This document shows positions 30,807 through 41,066 of a DNA stretch of 64,000 bases, one piece after another (the first letter of the stretch is position 1; the number at the start of each line of letters is the position of its first letter). Location: positions 192,030 through 256,029 of IMG/VR virus record IMGVR_UViG_3300027816_000052. One strand, 5' to 3'. The notes beneath the pieces were generated by a model. The model had not been told where the DNA came from, did no database searches, and was given only the letters and a program-made list of their open reading frames with translations. The position numbers and the translations under genes are program-made.

Positions 30807-31630
30807 TGGGTGACACAATACGTCATAGATTGGATATTGCGACAAAACGCAATATTAAAAACTTAATTCCCAAAATTTTTAAACTTAAAAAGAAAAAAAA
30901 AGTTTTTAATCGGGAAAAAGTTGATGATATTGTTGTTAGGGTTGACGATGGGACAATGTATGAGGTTACTGTTTATTTGGACACATCTATAAATCATTAT
31001 GCTCACGTTCAAGATGTAAGTACAAATAAAAAATTGTTTGATATTGAACTTATTGTAAATCCTTTACTAATTAAATCTGATAAGGATTTATATAATAAAC
31101 TATATCATGAGTTTTTACATGCAACGGACCCTGATTTAACAACGTCACAAACTGATGAGTATTTAAGTTATTATGATAGTAAAAACGTTGAAACTTATTA
31201 CGGTACCAGCATAGAATTTAGAGCGTGGACGGGCGAAATTCTAGAAGCATTACATAATGAAATTTTGAATGAATTAAATTATGTTAATAATAGAGAAGAA
31301 TTAAATGATTTAAAAAATACTCTAAAAAACATTGTTGTACATCTTGCTGAAGGATATGAAATACTACCAAAAGCAAAAAAAATAATAAGAAAAATGTCTG
31401 GTAGAGAGGAAAATGTTGACGATTTTACTAATTTACTTGAAAAGCTAAAGTTAACATCTGAATTTCAACACCTAATTGAACCATTTGATGATGAAATTAT
31501 ACCAGAATATTTAGTCGTTTTAAATTTATTTAAAGAATATAATCAACCTTTATGGGATAATTTTATTAAACAATTAAAACATTTATATGATGAGTTATCC
31601 GAAATAATTGATAACTTTGAATTTAGTTGA
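30806..31630 (+). CDS. HExxH zinc-metalloprotease-like protein
   Basis: LYHEFLHATD plus a downstream Glu (IEFRA). Confidence 0.55.
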   Translation: MGDTIRHRLDIATKRNIKNLIPKIFKLKKKKKVFNREKVDDIVVRVDDGTMYEVTVYLDTSINHYAHVQDVSTNKKLFDIELIVNPLLIKSDKDLYNKLYHEFLHATDPDLTTSQTDEYLSYYDSKNVETYYGTSIEFRAWTGEILEALHNEILNELNYVNNREELNDLKNTLKNIVVHLAEGYEILPKAKKIIRKMSGREENVDDFTNLLEKLKLTSEFQHLIEPFDDEIIPEYLVVLNLFKEYNQPLWDNFIKQLKHLYDELSEIIDNFEFS

Positions 31631-31670
31631 CAATTTAAGTTGTTTTTTTTATTTTTCTGTAAAATTTTAG

Positions 31671-31904
31671 ATGGAAAATAAAGAAATGGTTAACCACCCA
31701 AATCATTATGGTGGAAAAGAAAATGTCTATGAAGTGATAAAAGTTTGTGAAGCATGGTCTTTGGAAAAAGACGCTTATCTTTTTAACGTAGTTAAATATG
31801 TCGCTAGATCAGGTAAAAAAGACCCCAATAAAGAGTTAGAGGATTTAAAAAAAGCAAAATTTTATTTGGAAAGGAAAATTTATCTTTTGGAAAATAAAAA
31901 TTAA
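31671..31904 (+). CDS. DUF3310 family protein
   Basis: VNHPNHYG...KYVARSGKK...EDLKKAKFYL. Confidence 0.85.
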   Translation: MENKEMVNHPNHYGGKENVYEVIKVCEAWSLEKDAYLFNVVKYVARSGKKDPNKELEDLKKAKFYLERKIYLLENKN

Positions 31905-31946
31905 TAAATTATTCATAACGTCAGTATATTTATACAAAAAGATGTT

Positions 31947-32975
31947 ATGAAAGAATTAGAAATAAAATGGGGTTTACTATCTCTAGCTGAAAGAGAGTTT
32001 GTAGTTGAGACATTATTCTTATTACATCCAGAAAAGAAACAAGTAATTACCGAAGCTGCTTGGTGGAACACGCTAGGGGATGTTGTAGGTATTTTTGACC
32101 CAACTGGGGTTGTTGATATTGTAAATGGGTTAGATTATATTCGACAAGGTGACCATTTATTTGGTATGTTGTCGATGATTTCAGCAATTCCCTATCTTGG
32201 AGATGTGTTTGCAAAACCCGTAATTGGTGTACTTAAACTAGGTGGTGAAGGAGCGAAGATTTTAAGAGGTGCTAAAACTAGTTCTGATTTAGCAAATGCT
32301 GGTAGAAAAGTACCTGAATTTGGTAAGTTGTTAAAAAATAGCGATGAAATCTTACCGAGACTTATTCAAATTCTAAAGAAAGGCGAAAAAATACCCGTCA
32401 TTGGTGGTCTTATGAAGGTTATTAATGAATGGATTACTCTTTTAGCGAAGGGTGCTAAAGAATATAAATTAGGTACAACCACAACTAAAACCGCAGCAAA
32501 AGGTGCGGTCGCTTCTGGTGAAAAAATAAGTCTTTTAAATACTATAAAAGATATTTTAAAACCCGGAGCAAAAACAAAAACGTTTAGAACGTACAAAGAT
32601 TTAGACCCATCATTATGGTCAAAATATGTTGTTGGTGGGGTTGGTAGAATTTGGGGTAATAGATCAGTTAGATCTTTGATGAGAAGAACTAAATGGTATT
32701 TAGGTTTACTTGATTATCTAGGTGTGGCTAATTTTATTGGTCCAGATGAGCTAGAAGCAAAACTTGGAAAAAACACAGTCCTTAACGGAATTGAAAAATA
32801 TGCATCGACACCACAATCTACACAAGCTTGGAATAGTGATTTTTCTGGCTCTGAGATGACTAAAGATTTAGATGTTGATAAGGAAGTAAAACCAGAAAAA
32901 GAACAAGAGAAATCTAGTTTAATACCTCAGACTGATGATATTCTTGGTATGATAATAAAACAATTATTTTTATAA
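31947..32975 (+). CDS. putative virion protein with a pre-toxin TG-like helical module
   Basis: GIFDPTGVVDIVNG...GMLSMISAIPYLGD resembles PT-TG segments of polymorphic toxins. Confidence 0.45.
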   Translation: MKELEIKWGLLSLAEREFVVETLFLLHPEKKQVITEAAWWNTLGDVVGIFDPTGVVDIVNGLDYIRQGDHLFGMLSMISAIPYLGDVFAKPVIGVLKLGGEGAKILRGAKTSSDLANAGRKVPEFGKLLKNSDEILPRLIQILKKGEKIPVIGGLMKVINEWITLLAKGAKEYKLGTTTTKTAAKGAVASGEKISLLNTIKDILKPGAKTKTFRTYKDLDPSLWSKYVVGGVGRIWGNRSVRSLMRRTKWYLGLLDYLGVANFIGPDELEAKLGKNTVLNGIEKYASTPQSTQAWNSDFSGSEMTKDLDVDKEVKPEKEQEKSSLIPQTDDILGMIIKQLFL

Positions 32976-32978
32976 AAA

Positions 32979-33344
32979 ATGAAAGACACGATAGTTTTGA
33001 CATTCGTTGAATTACAACAACAATTAAGAATTTTACATTGGCAAACAAAATCTTATGCAAAACATAACGCATATGGTAAAACATATGATGAATTAAGTGG
33101 TTTGATTGATGACTTTGTTGAAATCTCTATGGGTAAATATGGAAGATTTGAATTAACAGATGGTACAATTGAGTTGTTTGACATAAAAAATATGTCACTT
33201 CAAGACTTTATAGATTCAGCAGTTGAGTTTTTAATTTCGTTAAGTGGTGAATTTTCAGGCGAAACAGACACTGACTTATTAAATATAAGAGATGAAATGC
33301 TTGGTCAATTTAATAAACTAAAATATCTATTAACATTAGAATAA
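32979..33344 (+). CDS. ferritin/Dps-like four-helix protein (DUF5856-like)
   Basis: LHWQTKSYAKHNAYGKTYDELSGLIDDFVE...NIRDEMLGQFNKLKYLLTLE. Confidence 0.75.
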   Translation: MKDTIVLTFVELQQQLRILHWQTKSYAKHNAYGKTYDELSGLIDDFVEISMGKYGRFELTDGTIELFDIKNMSLQDFIDSAVEFLISLSGEFSGETDTDLLNIRDEMLGQFNKLKYLLTLE

Positions 33345-33691
33345 TGGCTAAAATTATAATAACAGAAAAACAATTAATTGATTTAAGAAAATCAATTGTT
33401 AATGAAGATGCAACCGGATTAAAACCGGGGGAACATCGTATTTGCAAGGGCGGTTATTCAGAATCTTGCTTAATGGAAACCGGTAATTTAAAATATAATG
33501 TAAAAGGCGATAAACCATATTTTGCATTAATATATAAAGTCGCATCTGGTGACACTATGAGCGGTATTTTATCAAAGTTAAATAAAAAGGGTAATTTTAT
33601 TATTAAGAATCCGATGGAACTCAATACACTTTTAAAGAATGAAAATGATTTAAAACCTAATGATGTTCTTCTTTTTAATTTTGAGGTTTAA
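33344..33691 (+). CDS. LysM-domain protein with ITEKQL N-terminus
   Basis: YKVASGDTMSGI...N.LK....LKPNDVL LysM pattern. Confidence 0.6.
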   Translation: MAKIIITEKQLIDLRKSIVNEDATGLKPGEHRICKGGYSESCLMETGNLKYNVKGDKPYFALIYKVASGDTMSGILSKLNKKGNFIIKNPMELNTLLKNENDLKPNDVLLFNFEV

Positions 33692-34229
33692 TCCACATTT
33701 TCTTATAATCTTTAGTATTTGAGCAATACATAGCATAATCGTTTACAAGTACTTTACCAGTATTATAAACACCACAAACAATATCCCACTTTTTGTATTT
33801 ATTGTGGAGATAGCGTAATAACTTCATACTAGTACGCACATTATATTCAATATCGGTTTTTAGCTTTTTTCCGCCAATTGGTTCTTTATTAATAAATTCA
33901 GATGTTGCTGGCATAATTTGCATAGGACCAAGAGCACCGGCTTTTGAACCTTGTGCGTGATTATAACCCCAATGAAATGGACCCAAATATCTAGTTTCTT
34001 TGTATGCTACATTGTATGCGATATATTTTGGGATATTATATTCATCCGAATACTTCTCGATGAAGTAATACATCTTTAAACAATTTGGGGAATTATCTGT
34101 TTCCGCTAGATAAAATAAATCACCATCATCTAATGTAGTTTTTTCCTCAGGTTTAATTATGAAAAACATAAAGATGGTGAAACAAATAATAATATAGACC
34201 CAAACATTTAAGTAAAATTTATGGTTCAT
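33675..34229 (-). CDS. soluble lytic transglycosylase (SLT) with N-terminal membrane anchor
   Basis: AYKETRY catalytic Glu, GALGPMQIMPAT, NVRTSMKLL, GVYNTG motifs. Confidence 0.85.
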   Translation of the reverse strand: MNHKFYLNVWVYIIICFTIFMFFIIKPEEKTTLDDGDLFYLAETDNSPNCLKMYYFIEKYSDEYNIPKYIAYNVAYKETRYLGPFHWGYNHAQGSKAGALGPMQIMPATSEFINKEPIGGKKLKTDIEYNVRTSMKLLRYLHNKYKKWDIVCGVYNTGKVLVNDYAMYCSNTKDYKKMWIKPQN

Positions 34230-34530
34230 TTTTTGTCATGATTTGGTTTGCATAACTATTGAAAATTGATTTTCCTACACTGTCTGAGTAAATCACATAA
34301 TCACCACTAAAGTTATCAATCAAAATCAATCTATTTCCCTCATCTATTGCAATATTAACATCTTTTTTATTAACATATTTGATTTTTGTTTTTGGTTGAG
34401 GAACAATTTTATTGTAATTAATACCGACCAAAAAACCAACTGTGATTCCACCAGCAACCGCAACAACAAATAACATATGATTAATAATACGCTTAATGGT
34501 TGTGAAAGTTTCTTTGAATTCTAATTTCAT
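34219..34530 (-). CDS. membrane-anchored hypothetical protein
   Basis: One TM helix; coupled to SLT. Confidence 0.5.
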   Translation of the reverse strand: MKLEFKETFTTIKRIINHMLFVVAVAGGITVGFLVGINYNKIVPQPKTKIKYVNKKDVNIAIDEGNRLILIDNFSGDYVIYSDSVGKSIFNSYANQIMTKNEP

Positions 34531-34561
34531 GTTTCTTAATTTTTTAGGTTAGACCGCAAAA

Positions 34562-34918
34562 TTAAGAAGATTTTTTGAAATATGCAACTTTATCACCAAC
34601 TTTTATATCATGATGCGAACAAGAACCTCCGGGTAGCTCAAGAACTATGTTACCTTGACCTGAATATGTTGGACAGTCATTTGATTTGCAAGGAGGACAA
34701 TTTTCATGAATTTTTGATATAGTATCATTTACTATAAATATGATATCAAGATTTACAATGCAATTTTTCATCCAAAATGATTGTTCTTCATTTTTGTCCA
34801 TTATAAATAACATTCCATCAAAACCATTAAATCGTTTACCCATCATACCTTCAGTTCTTCCTTCTACAGAAGTTTTAAGTATTACGTTAAAGTTTTTGTT
34901 ATTTATTTTTATTTTCAT
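34562..34918 (-). CDS. DUF192 family protein
   Basis: GMLFIM...FWMKNCIVNLDIIF...VLELPGG...IKVGD. Confidence 0.85.
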   Translation of the reverse strand: MKIKINNKNFNVILKTSVEGRTEGMMGKRFNGFDGMLFIMDKNEEQSFWMKNCIVNLDIIFIVNDTISKIHENCPPCKSNDCPTYSGQGNIVLELPGGSCSHHDIKVGDKVAYFKKSS

Positions 34919-35490
34919 TATTTAACAATTATATATTTTTTTCTATAGTTCGCAACTAATTCATCATTTTTACTTAATGGTGTATTGATAATATCAATTT
35001 CTAATCCAGTCCTAAGATTATCCGGTAAGGATTGAATTGGTGTTCCATTTAACCACAAACTTCCCCCAACACGAAGATTATCCGGTAAGGATTGAATTGG
35101 TGTTCCTCTTAAATCCAACAATCCCTTAACGTCAAGATTATCCGGTAAGGATTGAATTGGTGTTCCTCGTAAATACAAACTTCCCCCAACATGAAGATTA
35201 TCCGGTAAGGATTGAATTGGTGTTCCATTTAACCACAAACTTCCCCCAACTTTAAGATTATCCGGTAAGGATTGAATTTGTGTTTCACTTAAATCCAAAT
35301 GCCCATTAACAACAATCTCATCATATTTGTTATTAAGATGTTTAACAAATCTTTCACCTGATGATGATGTTATAAAAGATGCAAATGCTCCCGGAGAAAA
35401 TGTAAAACTTCTCTTTTCTTCCTCCTGTTCAAGAAGAACCTTTCTAACAATTCTATATAAATCCGATTCTGTTAATTTTATCTTTTTCAT
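34918..35490 (-). CDS. tandem 20-aa repeat (LRR-like) protein with KIKLTESDL N-terminus
   Basis: Five LPDNLxVxGxLxLxGTPIQS repeats; ATG at 35490. Confidence 0.7.
   Translation of the reverse strand: MKKIKLTESDLYRIVRKVLLEQEEEKRSFTFSPGAFASFITSSSGERFVKHLNNKYDEIVVNGHLDLSETQIQSLPDNLKVGGSLWLNGTPIQSLPDNLHVGGSLYLRGTPIQSLPDNLDVKGLLDLRGTPIQSLPDNLRVGGSLWLNGTPIQSLPDNLRTGLEIDIINTPLSKNDELVANYRKKYIIVK
35014..35286. repeat. 60-bp-period coding tandem repeat, 5 copies
   Basis: 33-bp core AAGATTATCCGGTAAGGATTGAATTGGTGTTCC at 35014, 35074, 35134, 35194; degenerate copy at 35254. Confidence 0.9.
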
Positions 35491-35552
35491 AACCATAAAT
35501 ATCATTAAATTGACATTGTACTGAAATTATCGTATCTTTACCAAAAAAAAAC

Positions 35553-35957
35553 ATGAAAATTTACTTGGATGATATTCGTACACCATTAGATGGTGGTTGG
35601 GAAGTTGTTAGAACTTGCGACGAATTTAAGAATTTAATTAAAAAAATTGAACTTAAAGATGTTGAGTTAATTTCTTTGGATCACGATCTTGGTCCCGAAT
35701 CAATGAAAGAATATTTTAAAAATGTTGCAACCAATTACATATTAGATTACGATAACATTAATGAATGCACTGGTTATGATTTAATTAAGTGGTTAATTCA
35801 TCATGTTGAAGATACAAACCAAGAACTTCCATTGGTATATTCACATAGCGCAAATCCGATTGGTGCGAGTAATATAATCGGGGTGGTTAATAATTATTTG
35901 AAAAATAAACGTAGACCACAAACTTCAATAAGACATAATCCACCTCATACAACATGA
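35553..35957 (+). CDS. cyclic-phosphate-processing receiver-like domain protein
   Basis: IYLDDIR, ISLDHDLG, TGYD and HSANPIG motifs; next to an RNA ligase. Confidence 0.7.
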   Translation: MKIYLDDIRTPLDGGWEVVRTCDEFKNLIKKIELKDVELISLDHDLGPESMKEYFKNVATNYILDYDNINECTGYDLIKWLIHHVEDTNQELPLVYSHSANPIGASNIIGVVNNYLKNKRRPQTSIRHNPPHTT

Positions 35958-36370
35958 AGAAAAATAAAAGATATGCTGGAATTTTGGTCAAATGTGATGA
36001 CAAAGTTCTTTTATGTAAACGCTCTTTAAAAAAAATAAGAGGAGGTGAATGGAGTATACCATCTGGAGGAATTGAAGAAGATGAAGCACCAATCGATGCA
36101 GCATATAGAGAATTTTTTGAAGAAACTGATATTGAAATAAACGAAGATATTGAATTAATTTCATTAATTGCAAAAATGACAAGGAATGGCGAAAAAATGA
36201 AAGGTCTTTTGTATGTTTATTTTTGTGAGGTTGATAATGAATTTGATGTTAATTTGGAAACAGCACAAGATGGTCATGAACATTCACAGTGTGGTTGGTT
36301 TGGAATAGATAACCTACCAGAACCAATTGGTGAGCAGTTAAGAAAAATTGTTATAAAAAAATTATCGTGA
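35954..36370 (+). CDS. NUDIX hydrolase
   Basis: GGIEEDEAPIDAAYREFFEETDI Nudix box. Confidence 0.9.
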   Translation: MKKNKRYAGILVKCDDKVLLCKRSLKKIRGGEWSIPSGGIEEDEAPIDAAYREFFEETDIEINEDIELISLIAKMTRNGEKMKGLLYVYFCEVDNEFDVNLETAQDGHEHSQCGWFGIDNLPEPIGEQLRKIVIKKLS

Positions 36371-37440
36371 ATCATAATAAAATAAAGCAATATGTTATTG
36401 ATGGTTGGGTAGAAGAAACAAAACACCCAACCAAAAATCTTTTTATTTATAATTACTCAAGAAAAACTCAGTTTGATAATAAGTGGGACGATATTACGCT
36501 TAATTGTCGTGGTCTCATTCTTGATGAGAACGGTAATTTAATTGCTAGAGGATTCTCAAAGTTTTTTAATTATGAAGAATTACCACAAAATCACTCCGCG
36601 TTTAATATTATTGTAAAAGAAAATCCGATTGTGCAAGATAAATGTGATGGATCACTTGGAATTATTTATTATTATGATAATAAGTGGAATGTAGCAACCA
36701 GAGGTTCTTTTATGTCTGAACAAGCGCAAAAAGCTGAGGAAATATTACATAATTTGTATCGTGTTGATTTGTTAAATCCGGAATACACATATCTAGTTGA
36801 AATAATTTATGTTGAAAACACGATTGTTGTGGTTTATAATGAGGAAAAACTATTTTTCTTATCCATCTATCATAAAGATAAGGAACTTTCTTGGTCTCAG
36901 TGCAAAGAAGAATTTAATCGTTGTCAAATACCCAATTCACATATTGTTAAAGAATATGGAAATGTATTTGATTATAAATCATTAAAGAATTCTTTTGAAG
37001 AAAATAGAGAGGGTTATATTATTAAATTTGAACCATCTAACTATCGAATCAAAATTAAATTTGATGAATATGTTCGTTTGCATAAATTAATAACCAATTT
37101 TTCAAACGTTGATATTTGGGAATGTTTGAAAAACGAAGATGATATTTATGCGTTCTTGAATAAAGTTCCAGATGAATTTGATAAGTGGGTTAGAGGTAAG
37201 ATATTTGACTTGAACAAGTCTTTTGATTACATTTTATCAGTCTGCAATACAAAAAAAGATGAACTCAATAATCAACAACTTGAAAATAGAAAAGATAAAG
37301 CATTATGGATACAATCGAATGTGATTCCAAGATATCAAAAAATATTGTATTCGATGTTGGATAATAGAAATTATAAACCACTAATTTGGGATTTGGTAAG
37401 ACCAAAATATCAAAAACCTTATTGGAATAAAGAAGATTAA
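36367..37440 (+). CDS. T4 Rnl1-family RNA ligase
   Basis: CRGLI, KFFN, motif I KCDGSLG, ATRGSF, EGYII, KIK. Confidence 0.88.
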   Translation: MNHNKIKQYVIDGWVEETKHPTKNLFIYNYSRKTQFDNKWDDITLNCRGLILDENGNLIARGFSKFFNYEELPQNHSAFNIIVKENPIVQDKCDGSLGIIYYYDNKWNVATRGSFMSEQAQKAEEILHNLYRVDLLNPEYTYLVEIIYVENTIVVVYNEEKLFFLSIYHKDKELSWSQCKEEFNRCQIPNSHIVKEYGNVFDYKSLKNSFEENREGYIIKFEPSNYRIKIKFDEYVRLHKLITNFSNVDIWECLKNEDDIYAFLNKVPDEFDKWVRGKIFDLNKSFDYILSVCNTKKDELNNQQLENRKDKALWIQSNVIPRYQKILYSMLDNRNYKPLIWDLVRPKYQKPYWNKED

Positions 37441-37443
37441 AAA

Positions 37444-37722
37444 ATGATTGATAAAAATTTAGTAAATTACTATAAAGATGAATTAACTAATATTGAGGGA
37501 CTTATTCGAATCTTAGAAAGATTAAATAAAATCCAATCAAATAATATAAGAATTGATATTACATTATCTGCTGATGGTATAGATGCATTTGATAAACCAT
37601 ATTGCAACCTTCATAATCAAGAAGTTGATTTCTTAAAAAGAATTTTCGAGCAATTCTTGGATACCTCTAATAAGAATATAAATGAATTGGACGAACAAAT
37701 TAAACTACAATTAAATGGATAA
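37444..37722 (+). CDS. hypothetical protein
   Basis: ORF track. Confidence 0.45.
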   Translation: MIDKNLVNYYKDELTNIEGLIRILERLNKIQSNNIRIDITLSADGIDAFDKPYCNLHNQEVDFLKRIFEQFLDTSNKNINELDEQIKLQLNG

Positions 37723-38173
37723 TCACAAAACATTAGCAGATATGTTAATTGACGGTCAATTAGCGGAAGCAAAAATTATTGACATGCTTTTTGATGCTTT
37801 CGAGAAATATGAACCGGAAATTAAACTTGATGACCTTAAAATAGGTTGTGATTATTATGATTGGAGTATTGAAATTTATTTTCGGGAATCTATTCCATAT
37901 CCTTGGGAACCATGCAAGGAAATTCGTGACATGATTTATGAAATGGGATTCAAAAATGTTTATTGGAATTTCACCAAAGATACTAGGGATGTTATGTGCG
38001 ATAGATACATCGGAGAAATAGAACAGTTGGTGAAGGACTCCAAAGATGAAATTCGCAATTGGGAACCTCGACATACGGAACACGCTAAGTGGATTGAGAC
38101 AAAGTATGGTTATGTTGATGAGCGATTTAATGAAGAGGAATGGTGCAAAAAATATAACTTCTTGCATAAGTGA
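37715..38173 (+). CDS. hypothetical protein
   Basis: ORF track. Confidence 0.5.
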   Translation: MDNHKTLADMLIDGQLAEAKIIDMLFDAFEKYEPEIKLDDLKIGCDYYDWSIEIYFRESIPYPWEPCKEIRDMIYEMGFKNVYWNFTKDTRDVMCDRYIGEIEQLVKDSKDEIRNWEPRHTEHAKWIETKYGYVDERFNEEEWCKKYNFLHK

Positions 38174-38222
38174 AATTTATTAATTATATTTGCATTAAAT
38201 TTAAACATAAAATCAAGTTAAC

Positions 38223-38837
38223 ATGCCAACAGCATTCACGGAAAGAATTGAAAAGGGTGAAATTACGAATTTTAAAGATTTTGCTAAATTATGTACAAGA
38301 GCATTCAGCGCAGCTATTCATATGCGAGATGAGTCGTTAGATTCTTCTTATCGGAAGAGATATGTTGACCCATATTATCTAGAAAGTCTTGATGAGGTTA
38401 AACATGAATTATTGTTTTTAGAACAATATCCACATGAAGCATATGAAAGTGAGAAGAAAAAAATTATTGAAGATTTAGAATTTTGTGAAAAAGAAATTAG
38501 TAAAAGGTTAGAAAATAAAAAATTAGTTGATAAAATTTTTAAAGAAGCAAATGAGTGGGTAGTACCAACTGATGAACATATTGGTTTTAGAAATTTTGTT
38601 ATGGAACAGCTTTCATATGCTCAAAAAGATTGTGATATAAGTTATTATGACGAAAGAATTTCTGAATTAAAAAATCGACTTGAAACAATGTCCTTGGATG
38701 TTTTTTTAAAAGAAAAATATGATGAATTGAAAAAAGATTTTGAATATTCTTCCAAAAAATTAAAGGAACAAGAAGAAAACTGTGAAGAGTCGAATATTTG
38801 GATTGAAGCTTTATTTAAAAGTTTGGGTGAACTATAA
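38223..38837 (+). CDS. conserved phage-type hypothetical protein
   Basis: MPTAFT...FAKLCTRAF N-terminus; TATATTTG -7 box upstream. Confidence 0.55.
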   Translation: MPTAFTERIEKGEITNFKDFAKLCTRAFSAAIHMRDESLDSSYRKRYVDPYYLESLDEVKHELLFLEQYPHEAYESEKKKIIEDLEFCEKEISKRLENKKLVDKIFKEANEWVVPTDEHIGFRNFVMEQLSYAQKDCDISYYDERISELKNRLETMSLDVFLKEKYDELKKDFEYSSKKLKEQEENCEESNIWIEALFKSLGEL

Positions 38838-38868
38838 AATAATTATAGATAAAAATATTTTAATTAAA

Positions 38869-39243
38869 ATGGAATTTATTGAATATAATGGTAAGAGCGA
38901 GGATTTTCCGGGATCTTGGGATCACGTTCTAGCTGATGATGTAAAAACGTATGTTCCGGTTGTGGAACGATTACATTGGGCATATGGATACCCAATCATA
39001 AGAAATATTTTTTATATGTTAGGCACAAATAAAAATCGTGATATATACTATGTTTATCCGGATTTTGGTAACAAATATTATATATACGCATCTGAGGATT
39101 TAAATAAGGCTAAGTTCTTTGTTGAAAATTTTATAGTAAAGGGGTTAAATAACGAATTACTAACATCAGAGACACGTATATTTGATTTACAAGAATATAC
39201 GCAAAAATTAAGTCAAATCATTAAAATTGTTGAAGAAAAATGA
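38869..39243 (+). CDS. hypothetical protein
   Basis: ORF 38782..39243; internal ATG (MEFIEY) preferred. Confidence 0.45.
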   Translation: MEFIEYNGKSEDFPGSWDHVLADDVKTYVPVVERLHWAYGYPIIRNIFYMLGTNKNRDIYYVYPDFGNKYYIYASEDLNKAKFFVENFIVKGLNNELLTSETRIFDLQEYTQKLSQIIKIVEEK

Positions 39244-39749
39244 ATATAGTAAATAAAGCAAGGGAGTTTGCAATCAAAGCACACAATGCTGTGAATCAAA
39301 AATATGATAATCAACCTTATGAGGTTCATCTTAAAATGGTCAGTGAATTTGCAAGTCAGTTCCAATATCTCCTTAAAGATGATGATTTGGAAATAGCGCA
39401 AGCATCCGCATGGTTACACGACACACTAGAGGATATTTACTTTATAAGTTACAACGACATCAAAAAGGAATTCGGTGAGCAAATTGCAGAAGCTGTCTAT
39501 GCATTAACGAATGAAAAAGGTAGGACGCGAAAAGACCGAGCGAATGCTAAATACTATCAGGGTATTCGCGATATTCCTGTTGCTAGATTCGTTAAGGTCT
39601 GCGATAGACTTGCAAATGCGAGTTATTCTATAAGTAATGATAGTTCAATGGTGAATGCGTATCGTAAAGAAAATGAGGAATTTAATCGTGAGTTATATTG
39701 CGATGAATTAAAACCCATGTTTGATTATTTAAACCAAATATTAAAATAA
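39240..39749 (+). CDS. HD-domain hydrolase, RelA/SpoT (Mesh1)-like
   Basis: AH...PYEVH, AWLHDTLED, VKVCDRLAN. Confidence 0.85.
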   Translation: MNIVNKAREFAIKAHNAVNQKYDNQPYEVHLKMVSEFASQFQYLLKDDDLEIAQASAWLHDTLEDIYFISYNDIKKEFGEQIAEAVYALTNEKGRTRKDRANAKYYQGIRDIPVARFVKVCDRLANASYSISNDSSMVNAYRKENEEFNRELYCDELKPMFDYLNQILK

Positions 39750-39757
39750 AATGTTTA

Positions 39758-40120
39758 ATGAAAGTAATAATAGCGGGTAGTAGAGACTTTAATGATTATG
39801 AATTATTAAAGAAAACTTGCGATAAAATTTTAATAAATCAAAAGGATATCGAGATAGTGAGTGGAGGCGCTAAAGGTGCCGATGCTCTTGGTGAACGATA
39901 TGCAAATGAAAGGAGATATGGTCTTAAGATTTTTTTGGCGAATTGGGATGAATATAAAAAAAAAGCTGGTTATCTTCGAAATATTAAAATGTCTGAATAT
40001 GCTGACGCTCTAATAGCATTTTGGGATGGCGAATCTAGAGGGACGAAACATATGATTGATATAGTAACTGAAAAGGGATTAAAAACTAGAATAATTAGAT
40101 ATGGAATACAAAATAAATAA
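39758..40120 (+). CDS. SLOG-family protein (YspA/DUF2493-like)
   Basis: IAGSR, VSGGAKGAD, AG..RN..M, AFWDGESRGT. Confidence 0.85.
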   Translation: MKVIIAGSRDFNDYELLKKTCDKILINQKDIEIVSGGAKGADALGERYANERRYGLKIFLANWDEYKKKAGYLRNIKMSEYADALIAFWDGESRGTKHMIDIVTEKGLKTRIIRYGIQNK

Positions 40121-40640
40121 AAGTTTCTTCATAGATAGAGATAAAAATTCCCATTATTATTTAATTAATAATGAATTTCGTGAGCAATGGGAAGAATGGA
40201 ATAATTTAAGTGAAGATGATGAAAGAAGTTGGAATATTCCAGATTTTGTAATTCCGGTTAATAAACATCCAAAACATTTAACATTTTCAGAACCAAAACT
40301 TGGTGATGAATATTTTGATGATGGTCCAATCAGAGAATTTATTAATGATAATGGTGAGGGTTTCTCAGTTTATCCAGAATATAATCATAGTGGTGGATTT
40401 TATTTTTCTTGGTTAGAAAACGGTGAAAGATGGTCAACAAAATATGGTTGGCAAGATATCATTGATATTATTAATGAACACGATGAAATGCTAAATAGAA
40501 AACCTGTTGCATGGTATGTACAAAGAACAGGAGGTCTTACAGAAAGGGAAAGAAATATTAAATACGGTCCATTTTTTAAGGAATCTGAAGCAGATGGGTG
40601 GGTTGACGAAAATCACACTAAAATTCCGTTATTTAGATAA
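40101..40640 (+). CDS. hypothetical protein
   Basis: ORF track. Confidence 0.45.
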   Translation: MEYKINKSFFIDRDKNSHYYLINNEFREQWEEWNNLSEDDERSWNIPDFVIPVNKHPKHLTFSEPKLGDEYFDDGPIREFINDNGEGFSVYPEYNHSGGFYFSWLENGERWSTKYGWQDIIDIINEHDEMLNRKPVAWYVQRTGGLTERERNIKYGPFFKESEADGWVDENHTKIPLFR

Positions 40641-41010
40641 TACTATCTAAAAATATATTTGCAACCTCGTTATAAAATAAATTAGCGATTTCATCATCTT
40701 CCATATTCTTATCTTTGATTTCATCATAACCCAAAGCATACATTAAATGCTCAATATCATAATAAGAATACGGTAAACTAATCCAACTTGGTAAACCTTG
40801 CAAATACTCAATAAATGCTCGTTTCATACCACGTCTTTTGATTTCAAAATCATATTCATTCACGAATATTTCCAAACCGGTTTTTAATGGATTTTTTGTT
40901 GGTCTAATATCATACCCATCAAAATCTATATTATCCACAATAAAATCTTTTAAATTATTTTGTCTATCCGATTCCTTTAAAAGTTTTTTAATTTTTGTTC
41001 TTATATTCAT
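40633..41010 (-). CDS. putative virion-internal protein (IKKLLKES N-terminus)
   Basis: N-terminal motif; GTATTTAT upstream on the minus strand. Confidence 0.5.
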   Translation of the reverse strand: MNIRTKIKKLLKESDRQNNLKDFIVDNIDFDGYDIRPTKNPLKTGLEIFVNEYDFEIKRRGMKRAFIEYLQGLPSWISLPYSYYDIEHLMYALGYDEIKDKNMEDDEIANLFYNEVANIFLDSII

Positions 41011-41066
41011 TTTATTTTTTATATATAAATACTTATGTTTATAAAAACATTCTTTCGCTTAAAAAT

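Noticed and set aside
35014-35286. CRISPR-like 33-bp repeats with 27-bp spacers
   Set aside because: The period is exactly 60 bp and in frame within an ORF, the spacers are homologous to each other, and there are no cas genes: a coding tandem repeat.
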